From Promethearchaeota archaeon (GTDB lineage: Archaea; Asgardarchaeota; Hermodarchaeia; Hermodarchaeales; Hermodarchaeaceae): DNA of 64,000 nucleotides. Both the position numbers and the translations under genes were made by a program. Positions 18,758 to 29,701 of the stretch are shown in pieces. The notes beneath the pieces are model-generated. The model searched no databases, was not told the DNA's origin, and saw only the letters and a program-made list of their open reading frames with translations. How positions within the stretch are numbered: position 1 is the stretch's first letter; each line of letters opens with the position of its first letter. The stretch spans positions 64,001 to 128,000 of the forward strand of contig JBHLPH010000001.1 in the NCBI GenBank assembly GCA_048939625.1, in the 5' to 3' direction.

Positions 18758-20494
18758 TTAGCTTATCAATAGGAACCTAGCAAATAGTTTGCCTAAGAGA
18801 TAGTTCAGTAGAATTCCGAGCCATAAACCAACTAGACCGACAAGATGAGCAATCTGCACAGGATATCCGGATAGGAAAATGATGGACCACAGCAGAGCAA
18901 AACACCCAAGGGGAATGAAGGCAAATATAGTATTTAGTATTCCAACTATTATCATTTGAGCAATATGTTGTCCTATTTCAAACCCAATTAGACGTCCACC
19001 ACCAACTACACGTGTAAACAGGACCAAGGAAATGTATGCTGACACATAAACCCCAGGAATCATTGAGGCGGCAATAGCGAATGAGATTGGATTAGTGAAA
19101 GGTTTGAAAAGAGAAGCGATGAGGACGAAAACGGGGATGGCGAGGGATATTAAAGTAATTAGCTGGGCTTTTGCTCGTAGAATACGTTCAGTTGGGAGCG
19201 GGAGAGTCATGGTGTAAGCCATTCCACGGGCTTCGACACTGAGGAAGAAGATTGAGAAGAAGCCTAAGGTGATTGTGGGAATGGTGATTAAAAAAATGAT
19301 GTCGGAGACATGTACTACACCAAGATCTAAGATGAATTGTAAAAAGATTGGAAGCATCATCAGAACGGGTAAGAAGAACATCATGGCTTGTCCGGGGGTT
19401 CGAAAGGCAATCCGAAGATCTTTGCGTAGTAGTGCAATTCCGACACGACTCACTTTCATATCCACTGGACGAACAATGCTAGTTGTAGATGCAGTTACAC
19501 CTCCCGAACCTAATTGCTGTAGGAAGTTTCGAGACCAGCGAATTCCAATGAAAGCTAGTGCACCATATACAATTACGGCGATGAAGTCTAACCAGTAGGC
19601 AGGAGTACCAGGGATTCCAGTGATAAGCACAACAAAGGTTCCCATTGAGAAAGGATAGCCAAAATAGAGGATATGCCAAAAAGGCGCAAGGATGATGGCG
19701 AAGCCCTCAAGGAGGGGAATGATGAAGTTGAGAAGTTGGAAGGATAGAGAAAAGCTGAGAATAGCAAACGCCCATAGAAGGATGAAAAGAAAACGCACTA
19801 ATGACCCAAGTCGTGAACCTCCACTCGACTGAATCCGAGTGTAAAAGTACAGAGCTAGAAGCAACATTATGGTGATTGCTATACCGACAGTGATTAGGTA
19901 CACAGTAAGGCAGGCGAGAGTTGCAAGAATGGCAGAATAAACGAGTCCTGAAACAAGGTATATCACCACCCCATAAGCTAATGGAAAACTAAAGATGATT
20001 GATATCATCTGGGCATCGAATAGGCGAATATAAGCTAAGAGGGCGAGTTTTCCGGTATCTATACGAGATACAGGGAGATAATGACCGATGCTAGCCGCGT
20101 TTGTTGATATGAAAGAAGTGGAAACCATAATTCCCCAAAAAACAAGAAAGGCAAAGCCAACGAGGCAGAAAATAGAAATTGTGAATGCGACAGTTATCCA
20201 TTGATATTCAGCTGGTGTGCCATAAAGGCCGCTCAGAGTCCCCCAGACAATAATCCCAAAAACACCAGCTAAAATTGCAATGAAGATACTAACCATTACT
20301 TTGTTGACTCGAGCATTACTTCTTGCTTTTTCAATCGTTCGCTCAACAGACTGAGTCATTGCACCGGAACTCATTGACATAGCGGAACGAAACTGAACTT
20401 CAAAAGCAATCGTTCCAGCAATTTTCCAAGCTTGACGCCAACCAATGTTCTGTTTCTCTTCTGGAAGATCAGTCAAAAATCCTGGACCACCCAA
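18758..20494 (-). CDS. ABC-2 type exporter permease
   Basis: About 14 TM helices, RKDLRIAFR motif; directly downstream of an ABC ATPase. Confidence 0.8.
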   Translation of the reverse strand: MGGPGFLTDLPEEKQNIGWRQAWKIAGTIAFEVQFRSAMSMSSGAMTQSVERTIEKARSNARVNKVMVSIFIAILAGVFGIIVWGTLSGLYGTPAEYQWITVAFTISIFCLVGFAFLVFWGIMVSTSFISTNAASIGHYLPVSRIDTGKLALLAYIRLFDAQMISIIFSFPLAYGVVIYLVSGLVYSAILATLACLTVYLITVGIAITIMLLLALYFYTRIQSSGGSRLGSLVRFLFILLWAFAILSFSLSFQLLNFIIPLLEGFAIILAPFWHILYFGYPFSMGTFVVLITGIPGTPAYWLDFIAVIVYGALAFIGIRWSRNFLQQLGSGGVTASTTSIVRPVDMKVSRVGIALLRKDLRIAFRTPGQAMMFFLPVLMMLPIFLQFILDLGVVHVSDIIFLITIPTITLGFFSIFFLSVEARGMAYTMTLPLPTERILRAKAQLITLISLAIPVFVLIASLFKPFTNPISFAIAASMIPGVYVSAYISLVLFTRVVGGGRLIGFEIGQHIAQMIIVGILNTIFAFIPLGCFALLWSIIFLSGYPVQIAHLVGLVGLWLGILLNYLLGKLFARFLLIS

Positions 20495-20498
20495 TAAA

Positions 20499-21299
20499 TT
20501 ACCGATTGTTATTTCTTGCTAACGCTTTTCGAAGTGCTTGGACAGTTTCAGCGACTTCAGCATCTTGTTGAACAGCACGGAGGAAAATTTCCTCAAGTGA
20601 CCCATGGGCTTTGACCATTTCGCGAAGCTCATCCACGGTGCCTTCAGCGACCATTTTACCATCGTCGATGATTCCGATTCGGTTACAAAGGCTTTCAGCT
20701 ACTTCAAGAATGTGGCTGCTAAACAAAATGCCTCCACCATTTTCCAAATGAATGTTAAGAATGTCTTTGAACACTCGAGCAGTTCGGGCATCTAATCCAC
20801 TAAAGGGTTCATCAAGAACCAACAGAGGAGGATCATGAATGATGGCAGCGATGATGCTAGCCTTTTGTCGATTCCCATGACTAAGCGCAGCTATTGGTTT
20901 ATCATAATATTCCTCGAATTCAAATGCATCGATAAGTGATGGAACACGGGTTATAAGCTCTGACGGTTCTAGTTGACGAATGGATGCAATGAAATTGAAG
21001 AATTCACGGGGAGTCAGTGACTCATAGAGTATGTGTTCCTCAGGCACTAATCCGATTCGATTCTTGACTTCAATTGGCTGTGCCATCGGATCAAAACCAA
21101 ATACTTTCACCTGCCCAAGAGTTGGAGGGAGTAATCCACTGACCATTTTGACCGTAGTAGTTTTTCCAGCGCCATTCGGTCCGAGAAGCCCATAAATTTC
21201 ACCGGCACGAACTTCAAAGGATAAATGATCAACTGCAACCGTCTCTCCGAAATTACGCACCAAGTCGTTTGCAATGATTGGCTTGCCGTTACCTTTCAT
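20499..21299 (-). CDS. ABC transporter ATP-binding protein
   Basis: GPNGAGKTT, LSHGNRQK, LVLDEPFSGLD, SSH. Confidence 0.95.
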   Translation of the reverse strand: MKGNGKPIIANDLVRNFGETVAVDHLSFEVRAGEIYGLLGPNGAGKTTTVKMVSGLLPPTLGQVKVFGFDPMAQPIEVKNRIGLVPEEHILYESLTPREFFNFIASIRQLEPSELITRVPSLIDAFEFEEYYDKPIAALSHGNRQKASIIAAIIHDPPLLVLDEPFSGLDARTARVFKDILNIHLENGGGILFSSHILEVAESLCNRIGIIDDGKMVAEGTVDELREMVKAHGSLEEIFLRAVQQDAEVAETVQALRKALARNNNR

Positions 21300-21359
21300 C
21301 GTTTGTCTCCTATTGTTTTCAGGTTAACTCATGGCTAAATAATTTCTGAAAAGAGGAAG

Positions 21360-22577
21360 TCATTCAACCATTGAGTTCGTATCACGTCGATGAACAAAGG
21401 GAACTAAGAACGCAGCAAATAACCCAAGGAGTGCTAGAATGAAGAATCCAGCAACCCAGGTTCCGAAGATGAAGAAGCTAATGGTGATAATTGGAATGCC
21501 AAAGGCACCAAGTCCAAAACGAGTGAAAAAGCTCCAACCAAAGACCTTACCACGGCTACCAGGACTAGACAGGTGGGCAACCATGGTATTATTTGCAGCC
21601 TGAGCTGCAAAAAAGGAAAAACCAAAAATCATAACGGCAGCGATTAACAATGAATCCCCAAAGATAGTTGGTGAATAAGGCACCGCTAAGAGTACCAATG
21701 AAACAGTTGTAAGTAAAGTCATTATAATTAGAATTTTACGCCAGCCATACCGATCGGTGAGCCGACCACCCACTTCTTGACCGAACATTCCGCCAATATA
21801 AACTAGCGTTCCAATAAACCCAGCAATGACTAGTAGTGCACCTAACTCGAGGGTAATATAGACCGGTAAAGCAGTAACAGTCCCACGGTAGAGCATCCCT
21901 CGAGCAGCGAAGATGAACGAGACAAGAATCATCACACCAACCGATGCTGCACTAAAGAAACCTAATCCCTTTTCTTTATCATCATTTGTCCATGCAGGAA
22001 TTTCGGAGGTTTGTACTCTGACACGTAGAGTAATTACTGCGATTATTATGCCAATTGCTGCAAGAAAGAGGAAAATTGCTTGCCAAAAGATTGTGCTTAA
22101 AATCAATGCAGAAATCAGAGGAGCCATCATTTGGCCAATACTGCCACCAATACCATGACGGCCCAAAGCCTTTCCACGATTTTTTTCAAAGGTGTTTGAA
22201 ACCCATGTTGTACCTGCCGGATGATATAATCCAGCGCCGAAAGCATAGGTCATAAAGAGGAATGCAATCACACCAATTCCCAAAGGCCAGAGAAAGAACA
22301 AAGCAATCCCTGAAAACACCGAGAGCATTAATCCAATGGCGATTACCAGACGTGGACCAATACGGTCACAAAGAAAACCTGCTGGAATTGCTCCAAAACC
22401 AAACACAAAGTATGCAGGTGTATTAAGCAGTAAGACAACTAACCATTCCAAACCCGGAGTAATCGGAGTTACAAGAAGAAGCTTGGTTGTAATATAGGGA
22501 AGTGCAAGCATTAACAGATGAACCATACCATGTGCTGCACCCGTAATGAGCAAAGTGGTATTTTGCTGGTTCACCAT
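21360..22577 (-). CDS. MFS transporter
   Basis: GFLCDRIGPR and GRLTDRYGWRK motif A; about 12 TM. Confidence 0.9.
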   Translation of the reverse strand: MVNQQNTTLLITGAAHGMVHLLMLALPYITTKLLLVTPITPGLEWLVVLLLNTPAYFVFGFGAIPAGFLCDRIGPRLVIAIGLMLSVFSGIALFFLWPLGIGVIAFLFMTYAFGAGLYHPAGTTWVSNTFEKNRGKALGRHGIGGSIGQMMAPLISALILSTIFWQAIFLFLAAIGIIIAVITLRVRVQTSEIPAWTNDDKEKGLGFFSAASVGVMILVSFIFAARGMLYRGTVTALPVYITLELGALLVIAGFIGTLVYIGGMFGQEVGGRLTDRYGWRKILIIMTLLTTVSLVLLAVPYSPTIFGDSLLIAAVMIFGFSFFAAQAANNTMVAHLSSPGSRGKVFGWSFFTRFGLGAFGIPIITISFFIFGTWVAGFFILALLGLFAAFLVPFVHRRDTNSMVE

Positions 22578-22738
22578 CAGCTACACCAAGAAAATAATTG
22601 TTAGAAACCGGCTATTGCGAATCTCCTTAAGATTCTTTCACATCAATTAAGTCCTCAGTGTCGTAATCTGACTGTGAGATGATAGAAACACATTAAATGA
22701 GTAAGCGTTTGGTTAGCCCAATCACAAGAGGGTCAACC

Positions 22739-24115
22739 ATGGAGACTACGACTCCAGCAACACCTGTTAAACCATGGGGTAGACGCGATCGAGTCACGTA
22801 TGGAATTCTTTTTGTTCTTGGAATTATTGTTGCAGCAGCAAGCGCCCTTCTACCACCAATGACAGGTGTTCTAGTTTCCGCCCTAGGAGTCCCTTCCGAT
22901 GACTGGATTGCCCTAATAGTTACAATCTTTCTTCTTATCTCGGGTTTTGCCGCCATTCCATGGGCGTATTTTGCAGATCGATCGACTCGACGAAATCTGC
23001 TTATCATCAGCACCTTCTTCTGGTTATTTTGGTTCATTCCAATCCTCCTACCCTCTATCACATACCTACAATTGCTTCTCTTCTATTGTCTAGCAGCTGT
23101 TGGCGTGGGAGCGGCAGGACCCCTTTCCCTTTCAATGACGATTGACTGTGTTCCCGCTCATTACCGTTCGACTACAATTGGAATTCTTGGAACTGCTGCG
23201 GGGGCAGGGTATGGATTGGGATTTATTATTGCAGGCTTGCTTGTTGAAACCTTTGGTTGGCAAACACCCTTTCTAATATTAACAGTATTTGGATTTTCAG
23301 CTGCATTCCTGCTATTTCTCACCCGAGAACCACCACGAGGTCAATATGAAGAATGTCTATTAGACCTTCAAGACACAGGAGTTGTGTACACCTATACCCT
23401 AAATAAAAAAGATTTACAGCGTATGTGGTCTAAGAAATCTAACATCTGGCTCATCGTTGTGGGGATAATTGCCATTATTCCAACAGCCGCTTTTGGGGCA
23501 TGGGCTGTTCGATGGCTAAACGTGGATCACAATCTTAGTATTTTTGTTGCTACTCTTTTCATGACCCTAGCCCTCGCTAGCCAAATTATTGGCACAACTG
23601 TTTTTGGGCGACTAGGAGACCGTTATTTCAAAAAAGACAAACGAGGACGCGCCTACCTCATCTTAGTTTGTTGTCTAGTTGCTGGCCCAATACTCATCAT
23701 TGCTAGTCTGTATCCCTTCACAGTTGCACCTTCTTCAACAATATGGGACCTATTTCTCAATCCTGCAACTTTTGTCTTCTTTCTTATCATCTTTGTGGGA
23801 ACTCTTTTTGACGCTGGAATAACCCCTCTGATTTATGTTAGTGCAGGGGACGTTAATCCTCCCGAAATTCGCAGTACGGCTCTCTCTCTGAATATGCTAG
23901 CTCACGTAATTGGGGTAGCTATAGGAACCCAACTTGTTCCGACGATTGCAGTTATTTTCTTCGCGGGATTCTATTCGCCTGCGTTTGTTATTATTTGCCT
24001 TTTCTTCTTCGTTGGTGCCCTTGTAACAATCCCTATTATCAGCAGTATCCGGAAGGATATCCAAACCACCGAAGAGGATACTCGGCAACGGTTTGAAAAT
24101 CAAACCAATAGATAA
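22739..24115 (+). CDS. MFS transporter
   Basis: FADRSTRR, GRLGDR, EPPRG motifs; about 12 TM. Confidence 0.9.
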   Translation: METTTPATPVKPWGRRDRVTYGILFVLGIIVAAASALLPPMTGVLVSALGVPSDDWIALIVTIFLLISGFAAIPWAYFADRSTRRNLLIISTFFWLFWFIPILLPSITYLQLLLFYCLAAVGVGAAGPLSLSMTIDCVPAHYRSTTIGILGTAAGAGYGLGFIIAGLLVETFGWQTPFLILTVFGFSAAFLLFLTREPPRGQYEECLLDLQDTGVVYTYTLNKKDLQRMWSKKSNIWLIVVGIIAIIPTAAFGAWAVRWLNVDHNLSIFVATLFMTLALASQIIGTTVFGRLGDRYFKKDKRGRAYLILVCCLVAGPILIIASLYPFTVAPSSTIWDLFLNPATFVFFLIIFVGTLFDAGITPLIYVSAGDVNPPEIRSTALSLNMLAHVIGVAIGTQLVPTIAVIFFAGFYSPAFVIICLFFFVGALVTIPIISSIRKDIQTTEEDTRQRFENQTNR

Positions 24116-24205
24116 TCTAAATTTGGAAGCTAATCACGTTTTTAAGGCACAAAGGATTTCTAAGCAACCTGAAACCCATGGCTTTCCTTTGCCTGGTGAG
24201 TCATT

Positions 24206-25228
24206 ATGCCTGAATCAGCGATAAAGATGGGACTTGTTAGTACTGGAGTCTATCTCCCAAAATACCGCCATACAGCTGCTTTCATCTCGAAAGAAACCGG
24301 TATTCCTGAAGATATTCTCAAAACGAAATTTGGACTTACAAGTAAAACAGTGGGTGGTCCTGAAGATGGCCCAGTCAGCATGGGGATCCGAGCAGCAAAT
24401 ACTGCTTTGAAAAAGGCTCCAAAGATATCTACCGAGGACATCGATGTCGTTCTTTGGACAGGTGAGACGTTTATTGAACGCCCGATGCAAGTAGCGGGTG
24501 TCAAACTCTCCTATGAGATAGGTGCCAATAGAGCCTGGGCCTTGGACCTCAGCGCTCGATGTGCAACCCTGATGGGGGGAATCCGGCTAACAAAAGCGTT
24601 GATGGCAACGGAACCAGATGTTCGCACCGTTTTACTAGCGAGCGGATACCAGAATTGTGACCTGATTAATTACAAGAATGAAAGAAGCCGGTTTATGTTC
24701 AGCCTCGCGGCAAGCGGAGTGGCAGCCATCCTGCAAAGGGATTACCCGCACAATCAGGTGCTTGAAACCTCGATTATCACTGATGGCGCCTTTGCAGACG
24801 ATGTCTATTGTCCTGCTGGGGGCACTGAATTACCCATTAGTTGTGAAGCCATCAAAAAGGGACTCCAATACTTAGACGTCCCTGACCCACCGAGTATGAA
24901 AGCTCGACTGGATAAACTCTCCATGCAGAACTTCATTCGCGTGGTCAAAGACGCCACCAACCGTAGTGGATACTCAATCAATGATATCGATTACTTGGCT
25001 TTACTCCATATGAAACGATCTGCTTTCACGTATGTCCTCAATGAACTTGGACTTACCATGGATCAAACGACATATTTTGAAGAATGGGGACACATGGGAC
25101 AAAATGATGCCATTGTCTCCATTGAAGAAGGATTAAAAACAGGCAAAATAAAGACTGGAGATCTCGTGTGCTTAGCGGCCGCTGGAATCGGATATACCTG
25201 GTCGTCGACCTGTATCAAATGGGGCTAA
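24206..25228 (+). CDS. FabH-like 3-oxoacyl-ACP/CoA synthase III family protein
   Basis: Thiolase fold; catalytic Cys in ARCAT, His in LLHMK, GHMGQND, AAAGIGYTW. Confidence 0.85.
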   Translation: MPESAIKMGLVSTGVYLPKYRHTAAFISKETGIPEDILKTKFGLTSKTVGGPEDGPVSMGIRAANTALKKAPKISTEDIDVVLWTGETFIERPMQVAGVKLSYEIGANRAWALDLSARCATLMGGIRLTKALMATEPDVRTVLLASGYQNCDLINYKNERSRFMFSLAASGVAAILQRDYPHNQVLETSIITDGAFADDVYCPAGGTELPISCEAIKKGLQYLDVPDPPSMKARLDKLSMQNFIRVVKDATNRSGYSINDIDYLALLHMKRSAFTYVLNELGLTMDQTTYFEEWGHMGQNDAIVSIEEGLKTGKIKTGDLVCLAAAGIGYTWSSTCIKWG

Positions 25229-25239
25229 ACAACCGAATA

Positions 25240-25398
25240 TCACATTTGCTTAAGATGCCGTTCCAAACAACTGAGTTGGTGTTCCGCACCTTCAAGATTT
25301 CCCTCGACAATTAGTTTCCGTGCTGTAGTTACGTGTTTCAGGGCACAGCCCTTGAAATCATTGGTTAATTCACATTCCTGACATTTTCCTTCCGACAT
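25240..25398 (-). CDS. Small Cys/His-containing protein (52 aa)
   Basis: GGTGA SD; MSEGKCQECELTNDFKGCALKHVTTARKLIVEGNLEGAEHQLSCLERHLKQM; fills the gap between genes; not in the ORF track. Confidence 0.65.
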   Translation of the reverse strand: MSEGKCQECELTNDFKGCALKHVTTARKLIVEGNLEGAEHQLSCLERHLKQM

Positions 25399-25466
25399 TG
25401 AAAAATCACCATAGAACCACTTGGGCTTGAAAGTTCCTCTTATGCTTTATGTGCTATCAGGTTTGA

Positions 25467-27383
25467 TTAGTCCAAGGGTTGAATAACCAATGAATGATGT
25501 CCCGGTTTCAGCACTCGAAAACCGAAAAGTTGGTCATCACCAGTATCAATATGTTCCCAATCAGATAACACAACTTGAAATCCTTCTGGATAATGAAAAG
25601 CTGGAACATAAATGATAGATGGTGCTTTGATTTTGGGATCAGCATCGAACTCCAAGCGAAACTCTTTCTGCTTTATCGAAAAACCCATTGACAAAGGTGT
25701 TCCAGCAATTGCTACGATGTGGGGACGGCAAAATCCAGCAGTACCACGACCGCCACTGTTAATGTCAAAAGGATCAATCTGTTGTGAGATGCTAAAGATT
25801 GAGAAATCTTCTTGATTCCATTGGTCACCCCATGTATTGTCATTATCAGCAGAATAATTCCAAAGCATAGAATGGAGTAGATTTGCATCCATTGCATTGT
25901 AATACATTGAGAGTGCCATGACATGCTTCTTCCACGCCTTTTTGGGGTTTGTTTTCCAGTGCCTGAAGCCTTCACGGTTGTTTAAATCAAAGGATAAACC
26001 AAACTCACCGATAATTGTGGGAACCCCTCCATGAATTTCATGGGATAATGCTTTAATTTTCGCTAGTTGTTGGGTAAACATCTTTTGTACATTCTTGGTT
26101 CCGAGCACTAGTTTATTCCGAGTGGTGTCAAAACTAAACCATCCACGAAATCGTTTCAATCCTACAGCAATTTCATCATACCAGTGACTGGAGTTCACAC
26201 TATTGGTTGGTGGGTTTTGAGGGAAGGCTTCTCCACGCATCGCAGCCTCTGGTGGCGGTTCAACTCCAATAATGGCATTTGGACAAATCGTACGAATCCC
26301 CTCAGCAAATTGATAGATAAACGGTGACAAGAACTGCTCTAAGAAATCAACATGTCTTCCATTTTGAATCAGAAAATAATCGTTGTGTAAAATGACTGGA
26401 AACCCTTCTTTGTTAACATCCCATACCCCATGTTCTCGCCAGATATCCTCGAAGCCATCAAGCCAACATGAAACCCCGTTGGGATTCAGAACTTCCCGTC
26501 GAATCTCTCGCACCGCAAACCGTTTGATAAGACTATAAGGAATTTCACGCGGAAACCCTGAGGCCATTACCATGGCGTCGAAGGGATTAATTCCGTAAAA
26601 CAATTCGCGGGAAATAAGTTTTGATGCGCCATCCACACGTTGACCGATCCATCCTGGACAGGGTTCATTCATTGCTTCAAAACCTATCACATTGGGATTG
26701 TCCCGAACACGCTTTGCCACCTGCTTCAAGGCGTTAAGATAGTGATCTTGAAGGAAGTTTTGAACGGGAATACCGTGAACTGTGCATTTAGGCGCAAAGG
26801 TATTACCTCCGAAAAAGAGTGTAAACATTGTGCAAGTAGCGAAGCGCCCATAATTTTGTAACCACGCCATTGGGGGGTATGCGTCGGGATTATTTGGGTC
26901 ATATCGATGTTGCATGACAAATGCTGCAGCAGATTCATCAAATTTTGTAATATCAAGCCCCACTTTTTCAAAGGTCCAGATAGGAGCACCATCGCCACCC
27001 GAAGCTCGACTCCAGAGGTCTTGATGAGGATCGATGAATATATAGAACTGAAATTCTGCGGCGATTTTTAACACTTCTTCGATGTAGTCGAGATACTCTT
27101 TGTCGTAGTTTTTGGGTCCGTTGTGTTCGATTGATTCCCAGGTCACGATGAACCGGAGAGCATTGAACCCCCAATGTTGGATACGTGAGAAATGATTTGT
27201 TGCATCTTTGAGTGGAAAGGGGCGACCTACAAACGAGATATTATAGTCAGTAAAATCGGTTTTCAGATGAGTAGCACCATTTGGTTTAAACGGGACCTTG
27301 GAACTGCCTCCAAGATTGATACCTCGGAGTAACACTTTTCGCCCATCTTCATCTCGGAACCATTCATTATAAATGGTAAGCAA
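25467..27383 (-). CDS. GH5 glycosidase, endoglycoceramidase-related (EGCrP/steryl-glucosidase-like)
   Basis: LRGINLGGSSKVP, SFVGRPFPL, DPHQDLWSR, acid/base NEP, nucleophile IGEFG, WNQEDFSI; TTG start chosen after GAGGT SD. Confidence 0.9.
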   Translation of the reverse strand: MLTIYNEWFRDEDGRKVLLRGINLGGSSKVPFKPNGATHLKTDFTDYNISFVGRPFPLKDATNHFSRIQHWGFNALRFIVTWESIEHNGPKNYDKEYLDYIEEVLKIAAEFQFYIFIDPHQDLWSRASGGDGAPIWTFEKVGLDITKFDESAAAFVMQHRYDPNNPDAYPPMAWLQNYGRFATCTMFTLFFGGNTFAPKCTVHGIPVQNFLQDHYLNALKQVAKRVRDNPNVIGFEAMNEPCPGWIGQRVDGASKLISRELFYGINPFDAMVMASGFPREIPYSLIKRFAVREIRREVLNPNGVSCWLDGFEDIWREHGVWDVNKEGFPVILHNDYFLIQNGRHVDFLEQFLSPFIYQFAEGIRTICPNAIIGVEPPPEAAMRGEAFPQNPPTNSVNSSHWYDEIAVGLKRFRGWFSFDTTRNKLVLGTKNVQKMFTQQLAKIKALSHEIHGGVPTIIGEFGLSFDLNNREGFRHWKTNPKKAWKKHVMALSMYYNAMDANLLHSMLWNYSADNDNTWGDQWNQEDFSIFSISQQIDPFDINSGGRGTAGFCRPHIVAIAGTPLSMGFSIKQKEFRLEFDADPKIKAPSIIYVPAFHYPEGFQVVLSDWEHIDTGDDQLFGFRVLKPGHHSLVIQPLD

Positions 27384-27505
27384 GAATATGACCTCAGTTC
27401 TAGGCAAAGAGCAAGGGGATATTGGTTAAATGACTTGCAGGAAGGGAAAAGTCTATTTTATGTTTAACATAATCCCATGCCTACCTAAAAATTGAGGTTT
27501 CCAAC

Positions 27506-27997
27506 ATGACAAAATATCCATGGTTAACCAAGGCATTTACAGATGCTCTTTACGGAAAATATGCCCATTATGATGTCTTGAAAGCACTTCGGGGACTCAC
27601 CGCTGAGCAAGCAAAACAACAACCAATCAAGAATGAACGATCGATTTGGGATCAATTATACCATATTGTGTTTTGGCATGATATGGCATTTCGAGCAGTT
27701 CAGGGTGAAGAGTTTGATTGGAAAGCCATTCAAGGGACAGACTGGTTACCTGAAGGTGCAGTATTTACTGAAAAAGCGTGGAATGAACTTGTGGAGAGTT
27801 TTACTGATCATCTTATCAAGCTAAAAGAGATTACAGAAAAGGACGATATTGATCGGCTCCTCAAAGGTTTTGACAATACACCCCTTGGTAGAAACATTAT
27901 CATTGAATTTCAACACAATGCCTATCATATAGGTCAAATCGTCCTCCTTCGCAAGTTACAGGGGTATTGGCCCCCACCAGAAGACGAACAGGAATAA
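27506..27997 (+). CDS. DinB/YfiT-family protein
   Basis: SIWDQLYHIVFW and HNAYHIGQIVLLRK. Confidence 0.85.
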   Translation: MTKYPWLTKAFTDALYGKYAHYDVLKALRGLTAEQAKQQPIKNERSIWDQLYHIVFWHDMAFRAVQGEEFDWKAIQGTDWLPEGAVFTEKAWNELVESFTDHLIKLKEITEKDDIDRLLKGFDNTPLGRNIIIEFQHNAYHIGQIVLLRKLQGYWPPPEDEQE

Positions 27998-28105
27998 CCA
28001 AGCTTACCGGTTCAGATACTCAAAAACTTCTCACCAAGATTTCTCAAAGTCCTACACTTACCCTGACACGATATGCTTGAGGTGAGGATGTATCTCTCCG
28101 TACAA

Positions 28106-29680
28106 TTATTTCCTCCGGGCTTCTTGCTCTAATTTTCGCTTATCTATCTTACCAGCACTGGTTTGGGGCAATTCAGGTAGGAATATAATTGTTTTTGGCA
28201 CTTTATAGCGGGCAAGTTTTGACCGCATGAACTCAAAGAGCTCCATCTCGGTGACTTCAGCATTCTTCTCTAACACAACAAAAGCGCAACCTACTTCACC
28301 CCATTTTTCATCCGGAACTCCTACGACTGCAGTCTGATCAACCGCCGGGTGCTCATCTAGGACTCTTTCAATTTCGATTGGGAATACGTTTTCCCCGCCA
28401 GAAATGTACATGGCTTTTTTGCGACCTGCGATATAGAAGAACCCATCTTCGTCTTGACGAACCAAATCTCCTGTGTGAATCCAGCCATTGGGTTCGATGA
28501 CATCTTGGGTTGCTTGCGGGTTGTTCCAGTAGCCGCTGAAGGCATGTGGTCCTCTAAGTAAGAGTTCTCCAACGTCCCCAGGCTTAACATCTTCCAAAGC
28601 GTCGTTAACAACGCGTACCTCGTTATGGAAGAAGGGTAATCCGACGGATGTCGGCTTCTCCTTCGATGTCCCCGGAGGCATATAGAAATTATTGGGACCC
28701 ACTTCGGTCAGACCATACCCCATGGCAAATTCTTGCGCCCTAGCCCAAAACGCCTCCATTATCGACAGAGGACATGGAGCACCACCACTCAACCAGAACC
28801 GGACTGAGCTGAAATCGGTTTTTTCGAACTCTGGCGAATTAATCATCATATGATACATAGTGGGGACGCCAATGATGATTGTACACCGCTCTTGCTCAAT
28901 TCGTCGAAGAGTATCCACGGCATCGAATTTCTGCCATAAAAGCACACGCGCTCCGACATGGAACAGTGGAATGAGTAATACGTTCCAGCCTCCGGTATGG
29001 AATAAAGGGAAGATGATAGGGCAGATATCAGTGGGGCCTAATCCCCAGCACACCACGGTGTTGATGGCATTCCAGAAGATGTGGCGATGGGACAAAACTG
29101 CGCCTTTGGGTAACCCAGTAGTTCCCCCAGTGGGAAGAATAAAAGCCGGATCTTCGAATCGGATAGTGGGTCGAGGGGGCGATGTCCGTGCCTGTTTTTT
29201 AAGGAGCGTGTAATAAGACTGACTTTGAGTTAGGCGTGATTTGTCGACTGCTAGTAGGTGAGTGAGGGTTGGTGTGTTAGAGTGAAACACTTCGATGGTG
29301 GAATCGAAGGCTCCTTCATAGATGAGTGTTGTAGGTGCAATATTGGTGAGGTATTCCTGATGTTCGATGGGGGCTAATCGAGCGTTAAGAGGTACCAGAA
29401 TGGCACCAAGTTTTCCACACGCAGCAAAGGCATCAATACATTCAAGGCGATTATTCAGCAGGAAAGCCACACGGTCACCCTTGCCGATGTCGCACTCCTT
29501 GGCTAGAAGATGTGCCAGTTGATTCCCCCGTTCGTTAAGCTCTGAGTACGAATAGCGACGATTCGTTGTTGTGTCCAGTAAAGCTTCGCGGTCAGATGAA
29601 AGCAAAGCACGTCGTCCTAACCAATCACCTATCCAGGTCCAATCCTCTGGGGGAGAAACATTCATCATGGATAGTCCCAC
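28106..29680 (-). CDS. Acyl-CoA synthetase (AMP-forming, long-chain/MenE-like)
   Basis: TGGTTGLPKG, GYGLTE, TGDL, SGGENVFP, GKIDK. Confidence 0.92.
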   Translation of the reverse strand: MGLSMMNVSPPEDWTWIGDWLGRRALLSSDREALLDTTTNRRYSYSELNERGNQLAHLLAKECDIGKGDRVAFLLNNRLECIDAFAACGKLGAILVPLNARLAPIEHQEYLTNIAPTTLIYEGAFDSTIEVFHSNTPTLTHLLAVDKSRLTQSQSYYTLLKKQARTSPPRPTIRFEDPAFILPTGGTTGLPKGAVLSHRHIFWNAINTVVCWGLGPTDICPIIFPLFHTGGWNVLLIPLFHVGARVLLWQKFDAVDTLRRIEQERCTIIIGVPTMYHMMINSPEFEKTDFSSVRFWLSGGAPCPLSIMEAFWARAQEFAMGYGLTEVGPNNFYMPPGTSKEKPTSVGLPFFHNEVRVVNDALEDVKPGDVGELLLRGPHAFSGYWNNPQATQDVIEPNGWIHTGDLVRQDEDGFFYIAGRKKAMYISGGENVFPIEIERVLDEHPAVDQTAVVGVPDEKWGEVGCAFVVLEKNAEVTEMELFEFMRSKLARYKVPKTIIFLPELPQTSAGKIDKRKLEQEARRK

Positions 29681-29701
29681 ATCACCTTGCGTGGCTCAGT
29701 G

